NCBI GenBank assembly: GCA_031414775.1
Contig: JANOQI010000041.1
Span: 96,001-160,000 of the forward strand
Source of the DNA: Synechococcales cyanobacterium VAR_4_metabat_354
GTDB lineage: Bacteria > Cyanobacteriota > Cyanobacteriia > Cyanobacteriales > Chamaesiphonaceae
Reading direction: 5' to 3'
Length of the DNA: 64,000 nt
Both the position numbers and the translations under genes were made by a program. This document shows positions 20,354-30,596 of the stretch, piece by piece (position 1 is the first letter of the stretch; each line of letters starts with the position of its first letter). Below the pieces are notes generated by a model, which saw only the letters and a list, made by a program, of their open reading frames with translations, was not told the origin of the DNA and ran no database searches.

Positions 20354-20421
20354 GATTAATCAAAAGATTGTCTGTCTTTATATTAGGCAGAATATTATGG
20401 ATATGCATTCTTAGCCAAACA

Positions 20422-20467
20422 AAAATAGACTGAAAACTCCCCAAGTAGGAAATCCTCAATCTATTTT
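20422..20467 (-). terminator. Long G:U-containing hairpin downstream of the cpc operon
   Basis: Minus strand AAAATAGATTGAGGATTTCCT-ACTT-GGGGAGTTTTCAGTCTATTTT followed by a T-rich tail. Confidence 0.65.
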
Positions 20468-20638
20468 CTGGTGACACTATGAGTCAAGCTTATTTTACGT
20501 ACAATAAATAAACCTGAGCAGATATTTAGCCCTTAGATTTTTTTTGTTTTTCAGGTGCTGTATCTGCTGGCGATCCTTCCCCTTGAGCCAAGGGGCGAAT
20601 ACTGACAAAATATTGCCTGAAGCCCACCGGTTGACATC

Positions 20639-21505
20639 CTACGCTAGCGTGATGCTGGCTACTTTTCCACCAATTTTGTTAATGTGCTGGAGTGTACTAT
20701 TGAGTTGTTCGTAGAGAACAATAAACTCTTTGTTACTCCGGCGCACTTTGGGATAACGGGGCAGACTAATACCAGATACTTCAATCCGATAGAGCCGGTT
20801 CGAATCACCCGTACTAGAACGACCAAACACCCGACTGGGCATCGCGCTCTCGGGAGTGCCTTGATAAGCAAATCCACCATTGCCCCCAGAAGGCGGAATC
20901 ACAGCTGATGTCGTGTTGCTACCTAGTTCAGCAGCTAGGCGAGACTTTGTCCCAGCAATCTGTGATCGATCGCTATTGGCATATCCCCGATAGAGCCGGA
21001 ACATCCGAGGAAATCCCGCCATTTTCTGGCCAACTTGGGTCGAAAAACCGCGAAAGTAGGGAACCGTCGAATCACCAAAATTAGCGTCGTATTCGTCAGA
21101 ATCGATATATGAATCAATGTCGGCATCAGAGCCGTAGTTTTGGTATCGATCGAGATGTTCGATCACTTCTGACTCATCATAGGGAGCGCGTCCTAACAAA
21201 TGTTTGAAACTTAACTCGATGGCACGAGTCTGAAAGACTGGGTATAAAAATTTGGTTTTGTATAACTCAGACTTGGCAAGACCCCGCACAAATTCTCGCA
21301 CAGTAATTTGGCCATTACAGAGTAAAGATTCGAGTCCAGTGAGTCGTTCGCTAACCATCAGATAGTCGTTACCTAAGACCTGACGGTAGACTGCCCGAAT
21401 CACTATTTGGGCATCTGCTGCCGACCAGTTGGGACGTAATTCGAGCGGCTTACTATCGCTATAGGCACTAGTACCCAAGCGAGAAGCTCCGATTGTAATC
21501 GCCAC
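20639..21505 (-). CDS. cpcI: Phycocyanin-associated rod linker (CpcC family, CpcI-like)
   Basis: [26 protein letters not shown]-terminal CpcD-like [20 protein letters not shown]; fourth gene of the cpc operon. Confidence 0.85.
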   Translation of the reverse strand: MAITIGASRLGTSAYSDSKPLELRPNWSAADAQIVIRAVYRQVLGNDYLMVSERLTGLESLLCNGQITVREFVRGLAKSELYKTKFLYPVFQTRAIELSFKHLLGRAPYDESEVIEHLDRYQNYGSDADIDSYIDSDEYDANFGDSTVPYFRGFSTQVGQKMAGFPRMFRLYRGYANSDRSQIAGTKSRLAAELGSNTTSAVIPPSGGNGGFAYQGTPESAMPSRVFGRSSTGDSNRLYRIEVSGISLPRYPKVRRSNKEFIVLYEQLNSTLQHINKIGGKVASITLA

Positions 21506-21554
21506 AGATTTTGCTCCTTGTGTTTTATCAGTTATTTATTAACTATTTACAGTT

Positions 21555-22373
21555 TTAAGCTCGATCGATACTCACGACCCGGCTACCCCGCTGATTAAGG
21601 CGCTGGAGAGTAGCAGAAAGTTGTTCGTAAGTAACCAAACACTCGCTAGCACTGCGCCGAATTTGGGTGCTAAGGCTACGATTAGCTTGCACGATCCGTA
21701 CCCGGTAGAGTTGTCCACGTTCGCCCTTGGCATTACCCGCGAGGCCACGTCCTAAGTTGGGAGTACGGACGGGGGTTGCTAAATTGCGCCCCAGATCCTC
21801 AGTTAGAGCAGCACTTTTGTTATGACCTTGAGCGCGATCGCTATTGGCATAACCCTGATATAACTGAAACATCCGGCTAAAACCGATTGTAGTTTGTCCC
21901 CGTTGAGTGGCAAAACCACGATAAGAAGGTACGATCGCTTCACCAAAGCTCTCTTGATATTCTAAGGAGTCCAGATAGGAGTCAATTTCAGCGGCATAGC
22001 CGCGATCAACGAACTGATTTACATGCTCGGTAATCTCTGCTTCATTGGCCGGAGCGCGACCCAACAAGTGTTTAAAGTTTAATTCAATGAACCGTACCTG
22101 GGGAGTTGAATAAAAAAACTTTTGTTTATATAATTCTGATTGTGCCAAGGCGCGCACAAAATTTCGCACGGTCATATTCCCTTGCCGCAGGAGTGATTCT
22201 GCACTGATTAACCGTTCGCTTTCCATGATGTGATCGTTGCCAAAGACCTGCCGATAGGCAGCCCAAATTGCCGTCTGAACATCATTTTCTGACCAGTTAG
22301 TACGCAGTTCTACTGGCGATTTACCAGCAAACGGCTCGAACCCCAACTGTCTAGCAGCCATAGAACTTGTCAT
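21555..22373 (-). CDS. cpcH: Phycocyanin-associated rod linker (CpcC family, CpcH-like)
   Basis: N-terminus [39 protein letters not shown]. Confidence 0.85.
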   Translation of the reverse strand: MTSSMAARQLGFEPFAGKSPVELRTNWSENDVQTAIWAAYRQVFGNDHIMESERLISAESLLRQGNMTVRNFVRALAQSELYKQKFFYSTPQVRFIELNFKHLLGRAPANEAEITEHVNQFVDRGYAAEIDSYLDSLEYQESFGEAIVPSYRGFATQRGQTTIGFSRMFQLYQGYANSDRAQGHNKSAALTEDLGRNLATPVRTPNLGRGLAGNAKGERGQLYRVRIVQANRSLSTQIRRSASECLVTYEQLSATLQRLNQRGSRVVSIDRA

Positions 22374-22409
22374 CGGTTCAATTCCTTAATTTACATATAA
22401 TTACAACAA

Positions 22410-22476
22410 TCCCAGAACCGTAAGCTATCGTTCGTTCCCACTCCATGAGCACGACAGACATCCTCCAGTTCTGGGA
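22410..22476 (-). promoter_or_regulatory. Stem-loop between cpcA and the linker genes (mRNA stability or partial termination)
   Basis: Outer stem CCCAGAAC/GTTCTGGG and inner stem CTGTCGT/ACGATAG (minus strand), just after the cpcA stop. Confidence 0.65.
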
Positions 22477-22488
22477 ATTAGGAGCCAA

Positions 22489-22977
22489 TTAGCTTAAAGC
22501 ATTGATGGCATAATCGATGTAAGAATTGGCTTCAGTCGCTGGGTCGCCAGCGAGACCGTGGTTAGCTTTAATATATTTAAGAGCTTCTACATACCAGCTA
22601 GGAGACAATTCAAAAGTGGAATTGATTTCAGCTAAACCGCCCACAAGGTAGTCATCCATCGGACCAGTACTACCCGCAATGAGACAGTAAGAGATCATCC
22701 GAATATAGTAACCAATGTCCCGAGCACACTTCGCTTTACCACGTGGGGTGGAAGCGTAGTTGTTGCCGGTCATGTTGGTGGTGTACGGGAATTTTTGGTA
22801 AACTGCGGCAGCTGCACCATCAGCCAAGCTTTCCGCTTTGCCACTGAGTGCTTTAGCAGCATCAAGGCTAGCCGTAGCCTGACGAATGCGACCAAAAGCG
22901 ACTTGGAGTTCAGTAGAACTTAGGAACCGGCCTTGGGAATCAGCGGTAGCAACAGCTTCGGTTAAAGGAGTTTTCAT
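22489..22977 (-). CDS. cpcA: C-phycocyanin alpha subunit (inducible cpcA2-like)
   Basis: [29 protein letters not shown] chromophore Cys, 162 aa. Confidence 0.98.
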   Translation of the reverse strand: MKTPLTEAVATADSQGRFLSSTELQVAFGRIRQATASLDAAKALSGKAESLADGAAAAVYQKFPYTTNMTGNNYASTPRGKAKCARDIGYYIRMISYCLIAGSTGPMDDYLVGGLAEINSTFELSPSWYVEALKYIKANHGLAGDPATEANSYIDYAINALS

Positions 22978-23041
22978 AATTTACTTAATTTCTCAATAAA
23001 TGATTGTGCAAAAATTAACTTGTGATTGGTTAACTCGGGAA

Positions 23042-23560
23042 TTAACCGACAGCAGAAGCTGCGCGATCAAAGTAACCACCTAATTCAGCCATGAGTGAAC
23101 TACAGTCACCTTTAGTGATCCCATTAGGGTCATTAGCAATGGCAATGGCCGCATCCTTCATTTTGCCGATACCAGCACCTACTGAATTACCAGGAACACC
23201 CAGTGCCAGATAAGTTTCGCGTAGGCCGTTGAGACAGCGATCATCCAATACACTGGCATCACCAGTGAAAACTGCGTAAGTAACGTAACGCAAAACGATT
23301 TCCATGTCGCGTAAGCAAGCAGCCATTCGCCGGTTGGTGTAAGCATTGCCACCGGGAGCGATCAGCTGAGGTTGCTCGTCAAATAATGTGCGAGCAGCGT
23401 TAGCGACAATCGTGGAGGAATTGGAAGTAATCCGGTTAACTATATCAATGCGTTTGGTGCCATCAGCTACCATCGCTTTGAGGGCATCGATCTGAGCATC
23501 GCTAGCAAACGCACCTCTGGCATCTGCTTGGTCAACCACTTTAGTGAAAGCATCTAACAT
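23042..23560 (-). CDS. cpcB: C-phycocyanin beta subunit (inducible cpcB2-like)
   Basis: [34 protein letters not shown], 172 aa. Confidence 0.98.
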   Translation of the reverse strand: MLDAFTKVVDQADARGAFASDAQIDALKAMVADGTKRIDIVNRITSNSSTIVANAARTLFDEQPQLIAPGGNAYTNRRMAACLRDMEIVLRYVTYAVFTGDASVLDDRCLNGLRETYLALGVPGNSVGAGIGKMKDAAIAIANDPNGITKGDCSSLMAELGGYFDRAASAVG

Positions 23561-23676
23561 CTAAGGAAACTCCCTAAGTTGCAATAAAAATTACTTTGAG
23601 AAATCTGAATTCCTGATCGATTAAAGTGTCAGGAATTCAATGACTTTTGAACCACGTTTGATTAAAGCAAGCCAAT

Positions 23677-23694
23677 CGTGCAAATTTTGTGCAG
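23677..23694 (-). promoter_or_regulatory. L-box-like RcaC binding site upstream of cpcB
   Basis: Minus strand CTGCACA-AAAT-TTGCACG versus consensus TTGCACA-N4-TTGCACA; 10 nt later comes TTTAAT (23661-23666), a plausible -10. Confidence 0.8.
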
Positions 23695-23858
23695 ATTCTC
23701 ATTTATCTAGTTTTCGGCTTGATTAAGAAATGTAAAAAAAGTTATAAACTCTTGCTACATAAAGATCTTGGCTTTTGGAGTTCAGCTTGTTAATTGTAAA
23801 GAAGTATTGCATCAGTCTAAGTCTAACGCTCTCTTAACATGATAACTATGCTGTTTGA

Positions 23859-25763
23859 TTATGTAGCTATCTGCCCAGCCTGAAGCCGTGCCAACCGGTG
23901 GCGGATACGTTGGGCGATTTCACCACCCATCATAGGCTTGTAAAGGTAATCGTCGGCTCCAACGCTAAAAGCTGCCTGTTGGGTGAGCAGATCGTTACTC
24001 ACTGTTAGAAATAAAATAGGTAAGCGTTGCCAGTAGGGGTCACTACGTAATACTTGGCATAGTTCTAAACCATTAATTTCTGGCATTTGTACATCTAAAA
24101 CTAAAGCGTCGGGTTGCACTAGTTGTAACACTGTCCAAAACTGTTGTGGATCAGCCAGGGTTGTTACTTTCATCCCCCAAGGTTGTAATAGTTTGGGGAA
24201 AGCCCGTAACCAATCGAGATCATCATCAACTACCATTACCTTGGTGATTGTGATAGCAGACTGGAGGAGGGATGTGGCTATGGCAAAGAGGCGATCGATC
24301 TTCAAGTTGATAGTACTCAAAAATTTCCCACCATGACGGACAACAGCCAGTCGCTCACTCAGTCCATCGCTGGCACTCAGTACTAACACCGACCAGTGTG
24401 GAAATCGCTGATGAACGGTGTGGATAAAACTGAACAGCGGTTCAGGACTACCTGTCAGACTAGCCAATATTACGCAGGAAGAATCGGGGGCAGTGGTGAG
24501 GTAATCGGTAGCAGCCTCGATTGTCGAAAATATTGAGGTACCATACCCGTGAACATTGGCCATGGCTGTCAGCGATCGAACTAAATCTGGATCTAGATCG
24601 ACCAGTAATAATAAGGGCAAACTTGGCGAAACCGAGTCCTTCTGAACGGAACCGGGTGAATTATCCGCAACTTCTTGTGCTAATTTCTGGAGTAGAGTGG
24701 GCAGCGTGGCGGCTTCAATGGGAGTTAGGAGGGTTGACCTATCGAATAATCTTTCAATATTACGGGCAGTCTCCATTGCTGATAGCAAAGAGAATACGCC
24801 CAATGTTCCCACTAGTTGGTGAGCCTGTCGGTGGGCTTGTTGTTGGTCGGAATAACTACCGTTACTCATTAACAATCGATCAGCTATCATAAATAGCTCG
24901 GCGAGCCGATCGAGACATTGGGGTTTGGTTGTTGCCCATGTTTCCTGAAGGAAAGACAGATATTGCTGTTGCTGGTTGAAATCTACTGACTCATGAACAT
25001 CAATCGGATGATCTGGCGAATGTGGAATTGCCGGTTGTTCAGATGTTGGGGGGAGAAAATTCTCTTTATTATCTAGATAATCATTGACCTGATGAGACTT
25101 GAGATAATAGCCCCGTCCATGAATGGTGCCAATTAAATCATTTGGTGCGCCAGCAGCTTGTAGTTTATGACGCAATCTCCGCAAATGCGATCGCACGGTG
25201 GCCTCTGCCGGAAAATCATCGGAAGACCACAACCTGTCGATAATTTCATCGCTACTAAAAACGTGAGCACTATCACGGAGAAAGAGTTCTAGTAAATCGT
25301 ATTCTTTGGTAGTTAAGGCTAGGGATTGACCATTGTAGGAAACTTCACAAGTACTGGGATTAAGGAGGAGATCGCCCCAACCTAATAGCGGTAGAGGATT
25401 ATTTCTACCTCTGCGCCGTAGTGCCCGCACGCGGGCAATCAACTCGGCTAGATCGAAAGGTTTAACCATATAGTCATCCGCCCCGGCATCTAATCCCTGT
25501 ACCTTAGCCGTGGTATTGTCTTGGGCGGTTAATAGTAAGATCGGTGTCGTATGACCAGCTCCTCGCAACCTTTGGCAGAGACTAATCCCGTCCAACTTGG
25601 GGAGCATGATATCTAAAATGATCGAGTCATAGTCAAAAGTAGCCGCGTAAGTCCACCCCGTTTCTCCATCCCTGACGGCATCAACAATATAATGTTGAGA
25701 ATTCAGACTCCTGGTTAATAAGGTAATTAATGAATCATCATCTTCAATTAGCAGAATTTTCAT
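23859..25763 (-). CDS. rcaC: Multidomain response regulator RcaC (REC, OmpR wHTH, HPt, pseudo-REC, REC)
   Basis: MKILLIEDD start with GAGGGAG RBS; LDIMLP; TVRSHLRRLRHKL..GRGY; HPt AHQLVGTLG; C-terminal LDVQMP. Confidence 0.88.
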   Translation of the reverse strand: MKILLIEDDDSLITLLTRSLNSQHYIVDAVRDGETGWTYAATFDYDSIILDIMLPKLDGISLCQRLRGAGHTTPILLLTAQDNTTAKVQGLDAGADDYMVKPFDLAELIARVRALRRRGRNNPLPLLGWGDLLLNPSTCEVSYNGQSLALTTKEYDLLELFLRDSAHVFSSDEIIDRLWSSDDFPAEATVRSHLRRLRHKLQAAGAPNDLIGTIHGRGYYLKSHQVNDYLDNKENFLPPTSEQPAIPHSPDHPIDVHESVDFNQQQQYLSFLQETWATTKPQCLDRLAELFMIADRLLMSNGSYSDQQQAHRQAHQLVGTLGVFSLLSAMETARNIERLFDRSTLLTPIEAATLPTLLQKLAQEVADNSPGSVQKDSVSPSLPLLLLVDLDPDLVRSLTAMANVHGYGTSIFSTIEAATDYLTTAPDSSCVILASLTGSPEPLFSFIHTVHQRFPHWSVLVLSASDGLSERLAVVRHGGKFLSTINLKIDRLFAIATSLLQSAITITKVMVVDDDLDWLRAFPKLLQPWGMKVTTLADPQQFWTVLQLVQPDALVLDVQMPEINGLELCQVLRSDPYWQRLPILFLTVSNDLLTQQAAFSVGADDYLYKPMMGGEIAQRIRHRLARLQAGQIAT

Positions 25764-25781
25764 AACTCCCTCTTTTACCAC

Positions 25782-26159
25782 TTACCAGTGGAGAATTTTG
25801 GCAATTTGATCTGGTAAATCAAGAGAATTAAAAGGCTTAGTAATTACACCACTGATCCCAAGATCATTAAACTGTCTGCGTTCAGCGGTTTGGGCTTTAG
25901 CCGTGAGAAATATTACTGGGATGCCCGCCGTTATGGGATTAGATTGTAGTACTTTAAAAGTAGCAATTCCATCCATTTCTGGCATCATGACATCTAGAAG
26001 AATGACATCAGGCAGCTCTTTTTGGGCGATGTCGATACCTGTCTGGCCGTCACTAGCAGCCAATACCTTCCACCCTGCCGCCATATTCACACCAAATTTG
26101 ACCACCGTTTGGATGCCTTCTTCATCATCAATCATTAGCAAACGTTTATGATCCATCAT
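25782..26159 (-). CDS. rcaF: Single-domain response regulator RcaF
   Basis: LMIDDE, LLDVMMPEMDG, FLTAK, TKPF; overlaps the rcaE stop codon. Confidence 0.88.
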   Translation of the reverse strand: MMDHKRLLMIDDEEGIQTVVKFGVNMAAGWKVLAASDGQTGIDIAQKELPDVILLDVMMPEMDGIATFKVLQSNPITAGIPVIFLTAKAQTAERRQFNDLGISGVITKPFNSLDLPDQIAKILHW

Positions 26160-28017
26160 CAACAGTCGGTAAAGTGAATGAGAATCTACTACCAACGCTC
26201 AGCGCGCTATCTACCCAAATTTTACCCTCGTGTTGTTCAACAATTTTGCGACAAATTGTTAACCCCAAACCGGTACCGCCTTTTTTACGAGAATCAGAAG
26301 AATCTACCTGTTGGAATCGCTCGAAAATACTTTCTAGTTTATCGGTAGGAATTCCTTGTCCTTCATCGCGTACTTCAAATAACACATCTTTATTCTTTGA
26401 TATGGTAGTGGCGGAAATGGAAACTGTTAACCAGACCTGACCACCCGGAGAAGAAAATTTGATGGCGTTGCTGATCAGGTTCGTTAAGGTCTGGACAATA
26501 TAATCTGGATCGACCCAGAGTTGGATATCGGCGGGCTGATTGACTAGGATAATTTGATGTTGTTGAGCCATTGATTGCATGGCGGCTACGGCTTGAGTCA
26601 TTAAATCAGCAGCATTACAGGCTTGTTTTTCCATTGTTACTGCTCCTGATTCGATGCGCTGGAGGTCGAGGACGCTATTTACTAATCGCACCAGGCGTTC
26701 GGTATTTTCATCAGCGATCGATAGGAGTTTTTGGCCATCGGCGGGGAGGACTCCCAACCGGCCAGTAGAGAGAATTTTTAAGGCACTGTGCAAAGAAGTG
26801 AGTGGGGTTCTGAGTTCATGACTGACGACGGAAATAAATTCATCCTTCATCCGTTCGATCGCCTTGCGATCACTGATATCACTAGTGAGGGCAAAAAAAC
26901 CACTGACTCGATCTGCGCTATCGACATGGGGAATATAAGTAACACTGACCGATCGGGTACCGCCATTTTGAAGGTGAATTTCATTCTCGTAGGTGACTAT
27001 CTGCCCGGTGAGAGCGGCCTTAACGTGGGGTTGGATGCGTTGGTAGTCATCTTTTCCCCATACTTGGCACATGGGGGAGCCGTGAATTTTATGGGGCGAT
27101 TTTCCTAGCCAATCGGCATAGGCTTGGTTGTTGAATTGATAACACTCTTGATCATCAATGTAAGCGATTAATACGGGCAGGGCGTTGGTAATGAGTCTTA
27201 ATTGCTCTTCACTCTGACGCAGAGCCGATTCCACCTGGGTGCGTTCGTTGATTTCTTGTTGCAAGCTAGTATTGGCGGCTTGGAGTTCGGCGGTACGCTC
27301 GGCCACAATTTCCTCTAAATGCTCCCACAATTCGCCTTGAGCTAGGGCGATACTGATTTGGTCGGCGAGCTGCTGCATTAGTTCTAGCTCGAAATCGACC
27401 CACTGGCGAGGTCGATCGCACTGATGGGCAATCAATAATCCCCAGAGCACGTTGGCGGGCGGGGCAGAGCGGGGTGGATGGACGTTAACGCTGTGTAAAA
27501 TCGGGACTATTAATTTCGCTTTCACGCCAAACTGTTCGACAAATTCTACTAAACAATCAGCGACTGCTGCTGCCGGATCCTGAACGTTGGCCACGGCTCG
27601 CACTCTTCCCTGAGCATAGAGTTGCTGATACTCTACCGGAAAGACTTCTTCTGGGAATTCCATCCCTAAAATTGCCTGATATGGCGGTAAAACAGCTTCG
27701 CTAATCGGTTTTCCGGTTCCATCCGGTAGCACTTGATAAATTAACACTCGATCGGCTTGCAAAATTCGTTGCACTTCGGTGACAGTTGTGCGGAGAATTT
27801 CTTTTAATTGCAATGACTGACGAATCTTAAAAGTAACTTCCGTAAATAATTCTACTCGTTGCTGTTCGCGTCGTAATTGGGCGGCGATCTGTTCTGGTTC
27901 ACTCAGCACGGTCGGTGGCAGCAATTTCTCTGAAGAGGAAGCCGCCGCAGTTTTAGCGATGGCTGGACGCGGCGCTATTGATTTTCTTTTGGATGGCTGG
28001 GATTTTTTGCCTGTCAT
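26146..28017 (-). CDS. rcaE: Green/red cyanobacteriochrome histidine kinase RcaE (GAF-PAS-HisKA-HATPase)
   Basis: GAF FPEEVFP..YQQLYAQGRVRA..DCLVEFVEQFGVKAKLIVP; PAS FNNQAY; SHELRTPL, NLISNAIKF, GTGLGL. Confidence 0.92.
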   Translation of the reverse strand: MTGKKSQPSKRKSIAPRPAIAKTAAASSSEKLLPPTVLSEPEQIAAQLRREQQRVELFTEVTFKIRQSLQLKEILRTTVTEVQRILQADRVLIYQVLPDGTGKPISEAVLPPYQAILGMEFPEEVFPVEYQQLYAQGRVRAVANVQDPAAAVADCLVEFVEQFGVKAKLIVPILHSVNVHPPRSAPPANVLWGLLIAHQCDRPRQWVDFELELMQQLADQISIALAQGELWEHLEEIVAERTAELQAANTSLQQEINERTQVESALRQSEEQLRLITNALPVLIAYIDDQECYQFNNQAYADWLGKSPHKIHGSPMCQVWGKDDYQRIQPHVKAALTGQIVTYENEIHLQNGGTRSVSVTYIPHVDSADRVSGFFALTSDISDRKAIERMKDEFISVVSHELRTPLTSLHSALKILSTGRLGVLPADGQKLLSIADENTERLVRLVNSVLDLQRIESGAVTMEKQACNAADLMTQAVAAMQSMAQQHQIILVNQPADIQLWVDPDYIVQTLTNLISNAIKFSSPGGQVWLTVSISATTISKNKDVLFEVRDEGQGIPTDKLESIFERFQQVDSSDSRKKGGTGLGLTICRKIVEQHEGKIWVDSALSVGSRFSFTLPTVDDGS

Positions 28018-28050
28018 CAAGATGGGGGATATTTGAGTTGATCAAGTTGT

Positions 28051-28075
28051 CAAAAAGAGGCGCAAAAGCGCCTCT
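28051..28075 (-). terminator. Intrinsic terminator of glyA
   Basis: Minus strand AGAGGCGC-TTTT-GCGCCTCT-TTTTG. Confidence 0.75.
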
Positions 28076-28098
28076 AACTCTAATCACAAAAATGGTTT

Positions 28099-29382
28099 CT
28101 AAACCATCGCTGGTGTGGGCATGGTCAAATGAGGATAAAGAGGAAAGCGTTGGCATAGAGTTGATACCCGCTCCAAACATTTGGTGGCTACCGCTTCATC
28201 CTCAGGATTCAACAATCGATCAGCAATGATATTAGCAATCTCGGTGAATTCGGTAGTGCCCATGCCACGACTGGTCATGGCTGGGGAACCCAAACGCAAA
28301 CCACTGGTTACGAAGGGCGAGGCTGGATCAAAAGGTACGGTGTTTTTATTGGCGGTAATGTGTACTTCGCCGACTAGTCGATCGGCTTCTTTCCCAGTCA
28401 TTTCGATCGATTGCAGATCCACCAGCATTAAATGATTATCGGTGCCGCCCGAAACAATCTTTAGACCACGTGCTTGCAGTTGAGTAGCCATCGCCTGGGA
28501 GTTGGCAATCACGTTACCGCAGTAAGTCTTAAACTCTGGCCGTAGAGCTTCGCCAAAAGCTATCGCTTTGGCTGCAATCACATGCTCTAATGGACCGCCT
28601 TGGGTACCAGGAAAGACTGATTTATCCAGTCTTTTGCCCAGCTCGGCATCACGGGTCAAAATTAGACCACCTCGGGGACCACGCAGGGTTTTGTGAGTTG
28701 TCGTGGTCACCACGTCACAGTATTCGATCGGGCTAGGATGATGACCAGTGGCAACTAAGCCGGCAATGTGCGCGATATCGGCCATCAAATAAGCACCAAT
28801 CTCGTCAGCAATGGCGCGGAATTTAGGGAAGTCAATAATTCGAGAGTAGGCCGAATAGCCGCAGATCAACATCTTGGGACGATGTTTGAGAGCTAAGTCC
28901 CGAATCAGGTCGTAATCGAGCTGCTCGGTTTCTGGGCTAACACCATAGAAAGCCTTATCGAACCATAATCCTGAGATATTGACTGGTGAACCATGGGTCA
29001 AGTGACCACCGTGGGATAAGTCCATCCCCATGATTTTGTCACCTGGTTGCAGCAGGGTTAAAAATACGGCCAGATTGGCCTGAGCACCAGCGTGGGGCTG
29101 AACGTTAGCTGCTGCTGCTCCAAATAGTTTTTTGGCTCGATCGATCGCAATTTGTTCGATCTCATCGATAAATTCGCAGCCGCCATAGTAGCGCTTGCCG
29201 GGAAGTCCTTCAGCATACTTGTTGGTGAGGACAGAACCCTGGGCGGCCATTACTGCGGCGGAAGTGAAGTTCTCACTGGCGATCAGCTCTAGGTGATCGC
29301 GCTGGCGACCTAGTTCTGAGCCAATCAATTTAGCAATGGCAGGATCGTTATCTGCTAAAAATTCCAGGTTGGTTTTGGCCAT
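28099..29382 (-). CDS. glyA: Serine hydroxymethyltransferase
   Basis: [38 protein letters not shown]. Confidence 0.98.
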   Translation of the reverse strand: MAKTNLEFLADNDPAIAKLIGSELGRQRDHLELIASENFTSAAVMAAQGSVLTNKYAEGLPGKRYYGGCEFIDEIEQIAIDRAKKLFGAAAANVQPHAGAQANLAVFLTLLQPGDKIMGMDLSHGGHLTHGSPVNISGLWFDKAFYGVSPETEQLDYDLIRDLALKHRPKMLICGYSAYSRIIDFPKFRAIADEIGAYLMADIAHIAGLVATGHHPSPIEYCDVVTTTTHKTLRGPRGGLILTRDAELGKRLDKSVFPGTQGGPLEHVIAAKAIAFGEALRPEFKTYCGNVIANSQAMATQLQARGLKIVSGGTDNHLMLVDLQSIEMTGKEADRLVGEVHITANKNTVPFDPASPFVTSGLRLGSPAMTSRGMGTTEFTEIANIIADRLLNPEDEAVATKCLERVSTLCQRFPLYPHLTMPTPAMV

Positions 29383-29564
29383 GATGTTGGTGAATCTGAG
29401 GATTTTGGGATTTTAAGGATTGCTCCAGAGTCTGGAAGTAGCGGTTACAACGTATTTTCAGACAACTTTCATAATAACCTGCTTCGCTCGGGTGGAGTCT
29501 GAGGCTGCTGACTTTTGGCTGTGCTTTGAGGTTTGTTTTCGGTGGGCTTGACCTTCATTAATTA

Positions 29565-30497
29565 TTAACTAGCCAACAATCTTAGCTCCACCACTTCTGC
29601 CGCCGTCAACTCCCACCCCAAAGCCCCGGCATTCTGTTCCACTTGCGCCGCACTCTTAATCCCCGGAATCGGAATCACCCCCGGTTGAGCAATTAACCAA
29701 TTCAAAGCCACCTGTGCCGGAGTTTTGTCATATTTCTGCCCTAGCTCCTTTAACTGATTCAAAACTGGCTGCAACTTCGCCAACCCACCAGCCTGAAAAC
29801 GTTTATCCCAGCTCCGCGCCCCGGTGGGCACATTGCTACCATCATATTTACCTGTGAGCAATCCTTGCGCTAAAGGACTATAGGCCAAAATTGTCACCCC
29901 CAATTCTTGCGCTGCTGCTAACACCCCATTAGTTTCAATCTCTCGTGTAATCAGCGAATAGCGCATCTGATTCACTGCCAATGGCACCCCGCGCCGCGCT
30001 AGCAATTCCTGTGCTTCGTGCATTTGAGCCGCACTGTAATTGCTCACTCCTACTGCCTTCACCCGACCTTGCTGCACTTCGTCTGCTAGGGCATTCATTA
30101 AAGATTCTTGACTGAGTAGCAACGTGAACGGCCAGTGAATTTGATAGAGATCGATCGAAGGCATTTGCAATCTTTTCAGGCTAGCTGTCACCGCATCAGC
30201 GACATCTTCCGATCGCCAGCGCCAGGGTACCGGCATATACTTGGTCGCAATTTGGGTGGAAACCTGCGCCTCTTTTACAAATTTGCCTAACAATTCCTCG
30301 GACTTGCCCCAGCCATAGATTTCCGCAGTATCAAAAAAAGTAATGCCCTTATTTACCGCCGCCTGAAAAGCTTGGTGCAGTTCAGCTTCGCCATAATCTT
30401 TGCCATATCCCCAAAATAGACTATCGCCCCATGCCCAAGTGCCAAAGCCAAGTGGTGTCACCGGAATATCCGTACAGCCAAGTGTGGTAGTTGCCAT
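29565..30497 (-). CDS. Aldo/keto reductase
   Basis: GFGTWAWG, FDTAEIYG, IDLYQIHWP, VGVSNY, AYSPLAQG. Confidence 0.93.
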   Translation of the reverse strand: MATTTLGCTDIPVTPLGFGTWAWGDSLFWGYGKDYGEAELHQAFQAAVNKGITFFDTAEIYGWGKSEELLGKFVKEAQVSTQIATKYMPVPWRWRSEDVADAVTASLKRLQMPSIDLYQIHWPFTLLLSQESLMNALADEVQQGRVKAVGVSNYSAAQMHEAQELLARRGVPLAVNQMRYSLITREIETNGVLAAAQELGVTILAYSPLAQGLLTGKYDGSNVPTGARSWDKRFQAGGLAKLQPVLNQLKELGQKYDKTPAQVALNWLIAQPGVIPIPGIKSAAQVEQNAGALGWELTAAEVVELRLLAS

Positions 30498-30596
30498 AAC
30501 CTTAATGATCAGAGTGATGTTTTTCTATAGTCTAAACAAAATATCTCAAGCAAGCTTGCTAGACTAGTGAGAGTCCAAAGCTCATATTTATCACCC

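Noticed and set aside
23005..23011. TTGCACA (minus strand) between cpcB and cpcA
   Set aside because: Single half-site with no partner at 4-nt spacing, so not an L-box
23725..23805. TTTACA-containing motifs upstream of the L-box, possible RpaB HLR1 sites
   Set aside because: Only half-sites match and the spacing does not fit the HLR1 direct repeat
26160..26195. Longer rcaF start given in the ORF track
   Set aside because: It would overlap rcaE extensively; the receiver domain begins at MMDHKRLL
29383..29564. Possible riboswitch upstream of glyA
   Set aside because: No glycine or ZTP aptamer consensus recognised by eye; an Rfam/Infernal scan would settle it
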